From the NCBI RefSeq assembly GCF_009914755.1, contig NC_060935.1: a stretch of DNA of 64,000 nt. One strand, given 5' to 3'. Origin of the DNA: the human T2T-CHM13v2.0 reference genome, Homo sapiens. The notes beneath the pieces were generated by a model, which saw only the letters and a list, made by a program, of their open reading frames with translations, did not search any database and was not told the DNA's origin. Below are positions 44,549-57,019 of the stretch, piece by piece. Position 1 is the stretch's first letter, and every line of letters begins with the position of its first letter. The translations under genes were made by a program, and so were the position numbers.

Positions 44549-45220
44549 TATTAGTTTTCTATTGCTGCATTAAAAGTTATCACCAATTTAGTGGCTTAAA
44601 ACAATCAATCAGTCACTTAAAAAAATCCCACTAGTTTATTTCTCACAGTTGTGTAGTTCTGAAGTCCGGACCGGCTCAACTGGTTTCTGTGCTCCTGGTT
44701 TCACAAGACAGAAATCAAGGTATCTGTTACCTGGGCTCTTATTGGACGGCTTTGGGAAGACTTGGCTTCTGAGCTCATTGAGATTATTGGCAGAATCTAG
44801 TTCCTTGTAGTTGTGGGACTGAAGCCCCTGTTTTCTTATTCGCTGTCCACTGGGGGCCTCCCTTAACTCTCGCAGAACTCTCTCCAGTCCAAGCACCCAG
44901 GCCCCTATATCTCAGAGGCAGCACGGCGTGCCAAATCCTTCTCACACTTGGAATCTCTGACTTCTCTTTGTTCCCCAGCTCTCTGACATCCTCTTTTACT
45001 TCCATGTGGAGAGTGTACTCTCCTTTTAAGAACTCCTGACTAGATTGGATCCACCTAGATCACTCAGGTGGATCACTCAGGCTTTGTATTTTAAAGTCCC
45101 TAACCTTAATTCCAACTACTAAGTCCCTTTTACCATGTAACGTAACGTATCACAAGTTCCAGAGATTAGAACATCTCACAGTGGGGGGTGGGGGGACGGA
45201 GGACATTATTCAGCTTAGCA
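44549..45220 (-). mobile_element. MLT1E-like MaLR solo LTR
   Basis: 'tattagttttctattgctgc...gtggcttaaaacaa', 'ttggcagaatctagttccttgtagttgtgggactgaag', 'aagtcccttttaccatgtaac'. Confidence 0.82.
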
Positions 45221-46098
45221 AAACTTCCAAAACATATCACAATTATGCTTAGTTCTCTTTATTTCCACAGCCCCAAACCAGTCTTTCACACGGACTGTTA
45301 CCATAGACCCAATTAGTCTTCCATTTAGACTGTTCCCGTGGACTTCTAAACAGTTTATCTGCTTTTGTTCTTGCTCCTTTCTAATCCCTTCTCACAGGGC
45401 AGCCAGAGTGATCCTCTAAAATGTGTTGCTCAGTTCCTATCTCTCTACAACTTCCATTGTTCTGACAGCCAAGTTCCTCATTCTGACCACACAGACCTGT
45501 GGCACTGACATCTTTTTTCTTCTTTAGCCTTTTTTTGTTTCACTCTACCTTCACTTCATCAGGCTGAAGTAACAATAACCTACTTGTAGTTTCTTGTATA
45601 GAACGGTATTTTCTCACTCCTGAGTCTTTTCCCATCTAGAATTCTATGTCCATGGTGCTTCCTCCACTATCCTACCTCCTCCCAACAACCTGGTTTTAGC
45701 TTTCTCCTTCCTTTTTCCATGAGTTCTGATCTTAAAAATCTTTCTGTTGACATCTCATTAGAAACTGGTCCCCATGTGTTTCACATAACAGAGTCTCCCC
45801 CTTCATAATGTCGATTTGTAATGATAACAGATAATTAAACACAGCACTTACTTTATACCAGGCATTGTTCTAAAAACTTGAAATATAGTAACTTATTTAA
45901 TTTTCTCAAAAATCTTGTAAGTACTGTTATCACCTTCATTTTACAGGTGAAGAAACTGAAGTACAGAGTTGTTAAATAACTTGTCCTAAATGATAGCTAA
46001 CAGGTAGAAGAACCCAAGGAATCCAGCTTCATAGTCTACCCTTCTAACTAATAAGTAACATTGCTATTATCTCTAATGAGGTATGCATGTGTTTTCTT

Positions 46099-46775
46099 AT
46101 TGTGGTTGATAGAATAATGTCCTCCCAAAGAAGTCCATGCTCCAATCCCAAAACCTGTGAATATGTCACAAAGCATGACAAAATGAATTTTGCAGTTGCA
46201 ATTAAGGTTATTACTCAGCTGGCTTTAAGGAAAAGTATAATTAATTATCCAGGCAAGTCCAGTCTAATTACATAGGCCCTTAAAAAGCAGAGAACTGTGT
46301 CCAGCTGGAAGCTAAGAGATGCAAGGGAAAAGGAAATCAGAGAGATTCAAGGCTTGAGGGAGATTGGAGTTGTGGTTGTTGGAAAGCATATGGTCCATTT
46401 GGACCGTATGGAAAGCATATGGAAAGTCGTGGTCCATTTGGAAAGCATATGAAGAAGGAATGCTGTGGTCAGGAGCAAAGACCAGCCACCAAAGCTAACA
46501 AGGAAACTGTGACTTCAGTCCTACAACCACAAGGAACTGAACTCAGCCAGCACTTTAAATGAACTTAGAAAAGGATTCATCCCCAAAGCCTCCAGAAGAA
46601 AACACATCCCTGCCAACACCTTCATTTTAGTCTTATGAGACTCTAAGCTGAGAACTAGCAGAGTCGTGTTGTATCCGGACTTCTGACCTTCAAAACTGGG
46701 AGGTAATAATTGGGTATTGTTTTAAGCTACAGCGTTTGTTTTGATTTGCTGTATTAGCCATAGAAAACTAATACA
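46099..46775 (+). mobile_element. MLT1E-like MaLR solo LTR
   Basis: 'tgtggttgatagaataatgtcctcccaaag', 'cagtcctacaaccacaaggaactgaa', end 'catagaaaactaataca'. Confidence 0.82.
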
Positions 46776-47752
46776 GAGATTAAGTAATCAGGGCTTAGTT
46801 ATGACTGGAAGTGGCAGAGATGAAGAAATGGGGAGTGCTAATAATAAAGGGTTTAGGATTGAGAAACTTGGATGTCATTATTTAGTCAACAGAATTTGGG
46901 GCGAAATTCAGTTGAGGGAAGGATTTAGAGCTCAAAAGTTCTTTGTTAAATATATTGTTTGAAATATGTAAACCTGGTAGTCAGATAATATCAGTTTAGA
47001 GCTCATTGACAGGTCCTGAGTTTAGAACATGCATTTAGGAGTCATTGACATGCAGCATCATTGCTTAATCTATAAACTTGACAGTAGAACTAGTTGTGGT
47101 GAAGGGTTGCTATGAGACACAAATGGCATAATACTAGAGCAGTGCCTGGAATTTGATAAATGCCCAATAAATGTTTTGTATTATGATTTCAAATTTATGA
47201 GGAAACTGATGCTCAGCAAGTTCCAGAAACTTGTCAATGTGTCTGGAAAATGGAGGAGCCAAGGCTTCAACCTAGATCTGCCCATTATGCAGTTTGTTCT
47301 CTTTCTCCTGTGCCATAGGAGGTAGTAAAAAGTCTTAATTCAATCATGTAGAAGCATCCCTAGGTGTTTTCTTTAGTTGTCAGGTTTAGAAACATGAGAA
47401 ACCAAATCTGACTAATAGAATTGGAGAAACGAATGTATTGGGTGACTTACAGAATCCTAGAAAAGCTGGGGAACTACACTAAGTAAATGAGCAGAAACCA
47501 AGGGAAGCCAAGGGGCAGGAACCAGCCAGAACTATTGGATGAGTACACCTCTGCCACCAACTGGAACTAGGCTGTGTGGTGGGTACTGTCACCACCAAAG
47601 GCACCAGATGCTGGCTATACTTGTGGTCACTGCCAGTCTGGATCTCGGATGTTGTAGCAATCATCTCTGAAGTGTTTGGAATAAACTCCCTACTGTCTCT
47701 ATTTCTTTTTTCTCCATATTAAGCCCCGGCTTAGGGCATTTTAGCAGATATT

Positions 47753-48161
47753 CTGTTATGGGCCAAATTGTGTGTCCTCGCTTCCCCCCACTGAAGTTCT
47801 AACCCCTAGTACGTCATAATGTGACCTGTTTTAGACATAGGGTCTTTAAAGAAGTAATTAAGTTAAAGTTGTTAGGGTTGGTCTTAATTCAGTATGACTG
47901 CTACCCTTATAAGAAATAAAATTTTGTCATAGTCATATACAGAGGGAATACCATGTGAAGACAGAGGGAGATGTCCATCTACAAGCTGAAGAAACAGACC
48001 TGGAGCTGGTCCTTCCCTCACAGCCTCAGAAGGAACCAAAACCTCTGCCAACACCTTTATCTTAGACTTCCATTTTCTACAACTGTGGGAAAATAAATTT
48101 CTGCTGTTTAAGCCACCCAGTCTATGGTATTCATTATGACAGCTCCCAGCAAACTAATACA
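47753..48161 (+). mobile_element. MLT1B MaLR solo LTR
   Basis: 'tgttatgggccaaattgtgt', 'aaataaatttctgctgtttaagccacccagtctatggta', end 'gcaaactaataca'. Confidence 0.88.
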
Positions 48162-48559
48162 AATATGAAGGAGATTCACATAGTAATCCCTTGCTTTGCC
48201 TGATTCTTCAATTTTACCCATTGACATCCAGGACATCTTTTCTTCTCAGCATTAGAATCAGGTCCAGGACACCAAATACAGCTTTTAACCTATACTTTTT
48301 CTTCAACAAGTCTCAAAATATCTACATAATATACAGCCATAATAATGTGGGGGAAGCTTTCTAGAATAATGCAATTTCCCCTATGTAAGGAATGCTAATG
48401 AGCAGATTCTTCATACTAGAAAACTGACTATAAAACTGATAATTGTACTAGTTATGGTAAAGAGTTGTCATGCTAAAGTCTTTATGAAAGACTTGAGCCC
48501 TTCAGACAATTTCACCTCTGAAACACTCCACTGAAAACTAACTTTGGGTTTTGTAAAAA

Positions 48560-49670
48560 CAACTGTGCAGTTAGATGACTAAATATATTTCTCTTTAATC
48601 TGTCCTTTCTCTGGCATTCCTTTTTCTGGCAAATAAAAGTTCTATCTACCTGATTTCTCAGTCCAGAAACCTGAGTATTTTTTTTTAATAATTTCTGATT
48701 CACCTTCCCCGTTCAATTAATCATGGTGTGCTGTTGACTCAAATACCTAAAGCAGTAGTCTACCCCATCCATTTTTCTCATGCCCTTTGCTACTATCTGA
48801 GCTCAGCATACCATCATCTCTCCCCAAAGTTACCACCACAAAATCTCAATTGTTTTCCTTGATTCCAGGGATCATTCCTCCAATCTCTTCTGCATACTCT
48901 AGCTAGAGTCTTCTATGTGCAGGTTGGTTCTGGAGAGCATTTAAATCCTTCACTGGTTTTCCATGGCCTTCAGGATAAAGCACAGGGATTTTGTGGCATA
49001 GTTTACTCAGTTCTTGACTATCTCTCTAGTCTTTGCCTCCTTCTGTGATCTTACCTCTTCTCTTTCCCCCAGTCCTACGCTCTGCTCTGGCCATAACACC
49101 AACATTAAATTTCTTTTTGTACTCATTGTCTCCAGGATTTTGTACTTTAAATTCCCACTGTCTGGAAGTTGTCACCCACTCTTTCTTCCTAGAACCCCCA
49201 TTTTAATGAAAGGTTTTTATTTAGATGTCAGATCTCAGTGCCTCACTTACTAGGTGAATCACACTATGCAAATTACTTAGTCTTATGCTTCAGCTTTCTC
49301 ATCTGTAAAATGGAGATATCAAGTAATCCTCTTCAGTGAGCCATTGTGCAGAATAACAGAGTTAAGTTTTATAAAATGCTTATAATAGCCAAGTGACCAC
49401 TGTGAGCACTCAATAAATGGTAGTTATTACTATTTTGTAACGCCATTCTCTTTAAGATTTCCTTATTATACCACTCCTGAACTCAAAACTGAGTTTGGAA
49501 TGCTTCCTATATACTTACATAGCTCCCTACATTTTCCCCATGTTAGCACATATATGTTGTTTAAAGTGTTGGGTGCTTGTGTGTGAGCTCCATGAGGGTA
49601 CATCTGTATTCCTTATGTAAAGAACAATGTGGATACCTAATGCATTTTTTTAAATGAATGAGTTTCTTCT
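48560..49670. mobile_element. L2 fragments with a nested MIR (~49220-49435)
   Basis: L2-like 'cagtccagaaacctgagt' and 'ccatggccttcaggataaag'; MIR core 'cagctttctcatctgtaaaatggagat'. Confidence 0.6.
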
Positions 49671-50387
49671 ATTATCAGTTCTTCCAGAAGAGGCATCAAG
49701 TTTGATCTGTAATCTACTCTGGTAGGCAACATCTAGAGCTCTCGAATGTTTTTCTAAGCTTCTAGACCTTCATAAGCCATAAGTATTAAGCAAAAGATTA
49801 GAGAGATACAGCAGTGGTATGGTATAAGTGTCATAAACAATGGCTTAACTACTGGGCAAAATTAAACTAATGTTTACTGAGAATCAGTTTGGTGCTAGTC
49901 AATTATTATCACTCAGTCTTCACAAATATCAAATGAGTCAAGCATCATTTTGCTTATTTTATACATAGGCTATCTATGTAACTGATCTATGTAACTAAGG
50001 ATCAAGCAAACTAAGGGACTTTTGCTCCAAGTCACACAGATAGTGTTCCTTTGCAGCTAATTCTTGACTAAAGTCTTTGCATTTTCCATCTTACCAGGAT
50101 GGGTAGCCATTCACCTAAGGGAAAGGCAGTGATGACAAAATGAAATATTAAACATATATATAATAATATTTGAAGATTTTGTTGACATATAAGATTCCAA
50201 ATTATTAGTTTCTTGTCTTCTTGTGAATTGATCTTTCTGAAAATTACCTGCTCTTAAGCAATCAGAGTTTAACTCTTAATAAGTTTTTAATAAATACTTG
50301 GTTACTCTTTCATGTGTGAATGTTGCTTAATACCTTGTGATACGTGTGCAGCACTTCCCAATAATACAGGAAGAAAGGCTTACATTC

Positions 50388-50702
50388 TTTTTTTATTTTT
50401 ATTTTTATTTTTATTTTTTTGAGATGGAGTCTCGCTCTGTCTCCCAGGTTGGAGTGCAGTGGCATGATCTCGGCTCACTGCAAGCTCTGACTCCTGGGTT
50501 CATGCCATTCTCCTGCCTCAACCTCCCGAGTAGCTGGGACTACAGGCGCCTGCCACCACGCCCAGCTAATTTTTTGTATTTTTAGTAGAGACGGAGTTTC
50601 ACCGTGTTAGCCAGGATGGTCTCGATCTCCTGACCTCATGATCCGCCCACCTTGGCCTCCCAAAGTGCTGGGATTATAGGCGTGAGTCACTGTGCCTGGT
50701 CT
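50388..50702 (-). mobile_element. AluY
   Basis: 'gcaagctctgactcctgggttcatgccattctcc', 'ttcaccgtgttagccaggatggtctcgatctcc'; (TTTTTA)n tail; TSD core cttacattc (50379-50387, 50704-50712). Confidence 0.95.
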
Positions 50703-53442
50703 ACTTACATTCATTTTTATGCAACAACCAGCCTCAGGAATTAGCAGCTACTTTTTAACAGAAATCATTCTTAACTAATGAGTTCAGTCTTTCTCCAGTT
50801 GGTATTGAGGTGGTTTTGTGAGATCTGTCTCTTTTGGAGAGGGAATTATACCTAACAGTAATTGAGCTCTCTGGAGAAAGCTGGGTGGTCTTGTTGCCTT
50901 TATCAAGGAGAAGCATTCAGCTTGCACAAATCTTTTCTGGGATAAATAAAACGCCAGTGATGTGGGTGTATCTGAACCCCATGGTGGGCATTCGTCACTT
51001 CATATTTCTATGTTTTAATTCAAATCCTACACTGTGGAAACAACATATGACATCCTGAAATAGTTTTGCCAGCTCATCCTCTGTTAACTTTAAAAATATC
51101 TAACATTTACTGAATGCTTACTATGTGCTGACACTGTGTAAAACTCATTACTGTCATCATCTTACTTAATGCTCATAACAACCCTGGTGAATTTGAATGT
51201 ATTCTCCATTTCACAGGTAACTTGTTCAAACTTCCTCAGCCAGTAAGAGGCATGGCTGAGAATCTAATCCAGGCTGTATCCCGCAAAGCCCATGTTCCTA
51301 ATGACTATGCTATGTTACTTTAGTAAAGTGTGCTACTATCCATCGGACACAAGAGAAATGTTAGACTGGAGTAATTTTATCCTAGTCAGGAGCCTAGCGA
51401 AAGATCCTTTATTTAATGGTTTTTATACATTTTGCTGTTAGAAAGTAAACTCCTAGTGCTTTTATTGTCTCTACCTGTTGCTTATAAATGTGTTAATAGA
51501 TTTTAGTCTTGTGTTCTTTGATCAGGGACCATCTTTTATACTTTATGGGTATCTCCAACTATGTAATACATTGCTTTGAAGTTGAAAACATACAATAATA
51601 CTTTGTTAATTAAAGTAAATGACCAGAGATGTTGCAGAAAGTCAAGACTCAGACAGATAGTGGTCTACATGTGTCTGGGCTTTGACCTGTGTTTATCAAA
51701 TGCACAGGAGTATACATAGGCTATATTTGGCTGCTTTCTAATTATAGGTCACCTGACTTTTCAGTTGTTCTTTTTCAGTGACATAGGATCAACAAATCAA
51801 TCAAGCTGTGCTTCTTTAATTACAGTGTACCAAGACCAACTTGGGTAGAGTGAGCAAAATTACACGATTTAAGTTACTTTGTAACACATCAAAGAAAAAA
51901 CCATCTATATTACATTTTTAACTGTCAATCTTATCAGCAGAAGTAGAAGTATTTTTATGTACTTGAGAAATAGCTGAAGAAACTCTCTTAATATGGTGTA
52001 TTGGAAAAGCAATGAAGTAGAAGATAGAGATTTATCTGACTTGGATGCTAAGAAATTTAGAGAAAATTTCTCCAGCACCATCCATTCATATTAACTTACT
52101 GACAATTTGGATACCATAAACTGGACCAAACTCTGAGTATAATAAGAATTAACCTTCATTTGGCCAGTAAAGAGAAATCTTTGTCCTGCATATCAGTAGG
52201 TTTCTCTCAGGTTGATTGTGGCAATGTATGTGCTACTGGCCTCAAAAGTACAGAGGATGAAAACAAAAGAACAAGACTAGATCTCATTATGTAAACCAGT
52301 GAGCCCATGTAATGTCATTAGTGAAACTGGGCCTTAGGCAACAGGAAAATAATGCAAATTCTCTTACACAAAGAAGGCTCTATTTGTGGCTACTATTTGG
52401 TGGAAAGGAGAGAGAAAGGAGACATAGAAAAAGAAGAGAGGGAAGAGAAGTGATAACAAATGAAAGGAAGAGTTGGGAAGGTGTTGAAGTTACAAATGAA
52501 AATTAATGTCACTGCCAGATGGCTTACTGAAGTTTTTTGGCATTTGAGCTAGAGAAGAGAAATAAATCCCCTATTTGCTTCATGAAATTAAGAAACATGG
52601 GAAGTCATGATGGGTCTTGGATTTCAGAGTAAGCAAATAGTATAAAACTAAGGTGGCCAAGTGGTAACTAATTTGGCCTCTGGTTCTCTGAAAGTTGGCG
52701 ATTGGATTTCGCTAAGTGATCATTCAAGAAAATGACCTCTCTACAAAGTCCAGTGGAATGTCGGACTACCTTTTCATCCAGGGTAACACAGGTCCTACAC
52801 ACATGGAATCAATAGCTCAGCATCCTAGTAGGAAAGTTTTTTTGCAACATTTTATTCTAATGCTAAACCAAGGTAGTATTTGTTATACTTTAACCCAGTG
52901 ATATAAGTCTATTTTAAGAGTTTCTGTCTCATACTACTGAACTTTGTAAGAGTTCCCAAAGACAGAAATGTGTTGAAATGACATTACCATAAAAAGTAAT
53001 GTAAAATTACTGATGAATATGGATGTTTCTAATTTGTAAGACATATAGAAATCTGACTTTTAGCTTTATAGACACACCTCTATATAGGGTGGTTCAAATT
53101 AAAGCACTACTCTTTGTATACATTTTCATTTTATTACACTTTATTATTTTTTTAACCCATATTAATAACATCTTTTGCCTGCTCACCAAGGAACAGCTGT
53201 AGAGCATAGTGATTAAAGTTCTCGTTACAGGTATTAAGCATGACAACTCTTGAAACCAGCCTGTCTAGGTCAAATCCAAATTCCATCATTCCTGGCCCCT
53301 TAGTCACTCTGAGCCTCATGTTCATTGCCTGTGAAATAGTAACAAAACAGTTGATTATCTTTTTGTTGTTCCTGTGAGGACTAAATGAGTTAATATTAAG
53401 TATTTAGAATAGTGCCTGGTACATATATTTTAAAAGTATCAG

Positions 53443-53720
53443 TGCTATGGTTTGGCTGTGTCCCCACCCAAATCTCACCTTGAATTGTAGTTCCCATAAT
53501 TCTCATGTGTCATGAGAGGGACCCAGTGAGAAGTAATTTAATCATGAGGCGGTTACCCACATGCTGTTCTTATGATAGTGAGGGAGCTTTCACGAGATCT
53601 GATGGTTTCATGAGAGACTTTTTCCCCTTTGCTTGACACTTCATCTTCCTGCTGACATGTGAAGAAGGACATGTTTGCTTCCCCTTCTACCATGACTTAG
53701 CATGAGAATGGACTAATACA
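53443..53720 (+). mobile_element. THE1 (B/C-like) solo LTR with an internal deletion, in or beside a MIR
   Basis: 'tgctatggtttggctgtgtccccacccaaatctcaccttgaattg' ... 'gagaatggactaataca'; perfect TSD atcag (53438-53442, 53721-53725); only 278 bp. Confidence 0.92.
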
Positions 53721-55050
53721 ATCAGCTATCTTTACTATTGTGCTCAAGTGATTATATTTCATACTTAATCACTATAATTTCTGAAAGGTTCAGATTTTTG
53801 TCTCAATTTTATTTGCCTACCACTTATCTGCTGGTATCCCTTCCAGCAGAAGAGTGTGTATTCTCTGTTTATTACACATTTTCTTAATGAATTTTTCTGA
53901 GTTTGGATGTTTGTCTGAAGACCAGTCCACCCACACACCAGAAACAGTCTTGAGTTTCAGATATCTGTGCCTGTTTCTCAGAATGTACAACCTGATCTGG
54001 ACGTGAAAAAACTCATTGTTTATAGGTGAACACATCTAGATACTTTGGAGGATAAAAAGGGGTGCTAACTGATTGGATATAAAGACAAGAAGTATAAACC
54101 AGAATATCTGGGCAACATGGGGTGTATAGTCACTCCACCTGTAGTTTACTCCTGTTTTCTGTTAAGGGACATTTGGAGAATATGAACATTTTGGAGTAGT
54201 TTTATATTCTCTGAGATTCACTTGGCTGAGTGTTATCTTTTTCTTCCTTTCTTTTATTTTCCTCTTCTTCTTGCTATTTTTTCTTCTATTTTTCTTCAAA
54301 ACACTTTGTCACAGAAAGGGAAGGGTGTAAGATTCCGAGACTGAAAATGCAATTATCTTTGTATAACCTGACATTTTTGCCATCAAAGTAGAATTTGAGA
54401 AGTGTTATGGATGAATAAAGAAGAACATGTCAGAGAGGCTGCTTAGAAAAAGAAAAGGAAATTTTAGCAGCTTACTAGACCAGAATAAATAATGTGAAGG
54501 GAGAAGATGACATGGAAGGCCACAACACTAGTGAAGGTCAAGAATTTCCCTAGGGAAGAGACAATGGAGCATCATTAAGCTGTGTCACTGAGAGACAAAA
54601 GGATAAAGAAGAAAAAATAAGATTTTAAAATGTATGTGCTGAGTTTGGGAGGGGGGTTTCAGGAGACAAGTTGAAATTCTGGAGTCCAAGTAAAGTTCTG
54701 CAAATGGCTCCAAGGCCTACCTCATTTGATATCATCAAAAGCCTGAAGGTGCCTCTTGCGCAGTCGGAGAGGGGCCTTCGTTGTACTTGAGCATCTCAAC
54801 AACTATTAATTAGTATCTGGGAAATTAATTTGTGCCATAAATACTTTTAAAATTGTGCTTATCCGGAATCTCTAATGATCTGTGAACTACACAAATAAAT
54901 GTGCTCTTTAATCACCGCTTAACAAAAATTAACTTGTTTGTTATTTTCTACTTGATGTTTGCGTATTATCTCTATTTTAACCTGACTTTCCTGGAAAGAC
55001 TACCTCAGAATACACAAGTGCACCTCACTAGCCAAAATAAATCCCCACCC

Positions 55051-55089
55051 CATGCGCACACATACACACATGCATGCGCATGCACACAC

Positions 55090-55132
<43 letters not shown>
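55051..55132. repeat. Alternating purine-pyrimidine (CA)/(CG)/(TG) tract
   Basis: catgcgcacacatacacacatgcatgcgcatgcacaca...cgcgcgcgcacaca... Confidence 0.92.
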
Positions 55133-55134
<2 letters not shown>

Positions 55135-57019
55135 TCCCTTTTTATAAAAAATGTTTGAGAAACAAAAAACATTTTTTATAAAAGATGTGAAATTTGTCTC
55201 AATGAGAAGTGCAGAATTGGCCAGGTTGGGCTTTGCAGCCATGGAAACAAGCTGTAGGGGAAAGCGTTGGCTGAAATAAGCAGAATGGGGACTCTAGTGA
55301 GGGGCTATATTAATTCAATCCCTCCCACAGGGTCTAGACATATTTTATTTTCTCAGCTCCCAGACTCATTCTTTAGACAGTTCTTTGGGCCCTGTTGAGA
55401 AGCACTGAGAGGTGGGCGCACAAACCATGTGTTGATGCACACGTTTTGTTTGCATCCGCTTATGTCTACCTCTCTGAATACCATGCTGGTCAGAGGTGAG
55501 ATGAGCGTCTTTCAGTAGAAGCCTAGTCTACATATGTTCCAAACAGCCACAGCCTGCCACTTTTATCCTTATATAGACTTTTACTGGCTAATCTTCTGAC
55601 AGAATTACTTTGGTTCCTTTTTTCTTCAGTTTTTCTTGTTGGAGGTTATGATGTGCAGGTTAAGTACTAAGAAGTTTTACATATCTGCCCAGATAATCAG
55701 GAACCATGTGTTAGTGTTGCTGCAGAGTTACCTATAAATTACTCAGAAGTTGAACATTCACTGTCTCTGCTACCTCACCAAGGCCAGGGGGTTGCACCTT
55801 AAGTGCTTCTAATTGACTAATATGTACATCAATACTTCATGCTAAGAAAAAGGAAGCACTATTCTTGGAATCAAAAGACCCGATTTGAAATCTCAGCTCC
55901 ATAGCTTACTTATGAGATAATTTTGTATGTGTTACTTAAACACTTGAAGCCTAAATTTGCTTGTACAAGTAAAGTAACCTCTGTACTACTTTGCAAGGCT
56001 GTTGTGAGGATTAAATGAGAAAATATTTTAGTAACTGCAAAACATGATATGAAAATGAAGTATAGTTCTAAGCAAGGGTTCTAAGTCAAAGATTTATATG
56101 ACTGAAAAAGAAAATCTATTATAGGGTTCTGGGTAATGTAAATTCTCTGTCTTTTCTCTCGTGAAATGTTCAATTTGTTATAAGTGACTCCTTCATTGCA
56201 CTCACTGCCTTTTAACTTAAAAAACTAGACAATCCTGGAGATACTATCATGTTTTCAATTCATGTAGACTTTTGATAACATATTTCCTCATCTCTTAGTT
56301 TTAATCTACCTTGGATGCTTTAATTAACTATATTTTCTATTTTCTGCTCATGACCTTCATATAACGTCTCATCAGATTCAAAGCTACAGCTACTCCTTTG
56401 CGTTTTGCATTATGCTCTGTAGTTTAAAAAAACCAAACCTTTTCCCATGGGTTATTGTATTGGATCCCCAAAATAATCCTATGAAATAAATAGAGATTAC
56501 TCTTTTTAAAATCTGCTTGTGTGAAAACTGAAACATACAAGGATAGTAATTCATTTAGAACTCAAGGTTTTTGTTTAACCCACGAGAATGCCATTATTTC
56601 AAGTTGTTTCAGGCATGCCTTAAGTATCTTCTTCGTATATATTGAAATCTCAGTATATGCCAGGCCTTATGCTAAGCAGTTGGCGCCATTACATAGAATT
56701 ATTACAAGAACTTTATGACAGAGGAATCATTTTTCCTGCTGCAGTTGAGTAAATTGAGGCACAGATAGATTAATTTCCCTGAAGGTACTGAGCTAGATAG
56801 TAGGAGGTCTAAAACTTGCTTCTGGTTTGGTCTGATTCCAAAGTCTATACTACTAACCACTATGTTCTATTCCCTGTCTAATTTATCTCAGGTTTCTTAC
56901 TTTTCTCAAAGTAGGCCTTATTAACTTTCTTTGGCCACTCTTGTCAATGAGCCTGCTACAACTCTGCATCTATAATGACTAATTTATAACCAAGTCCGAA
57001 GTAATAGTTCACTTTCACC

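Noticed and set aside
49971-49997. 12-bp tandem duplication atctatgtaact
   Set aside because: Ordinary slippage duplication within a MIR-like remnant.
53827-53850. Hairpin tctgctgg-N8-ccagcaga
   Set aside because: An 8-bp stem is expected by chance and has no ncRNA context.
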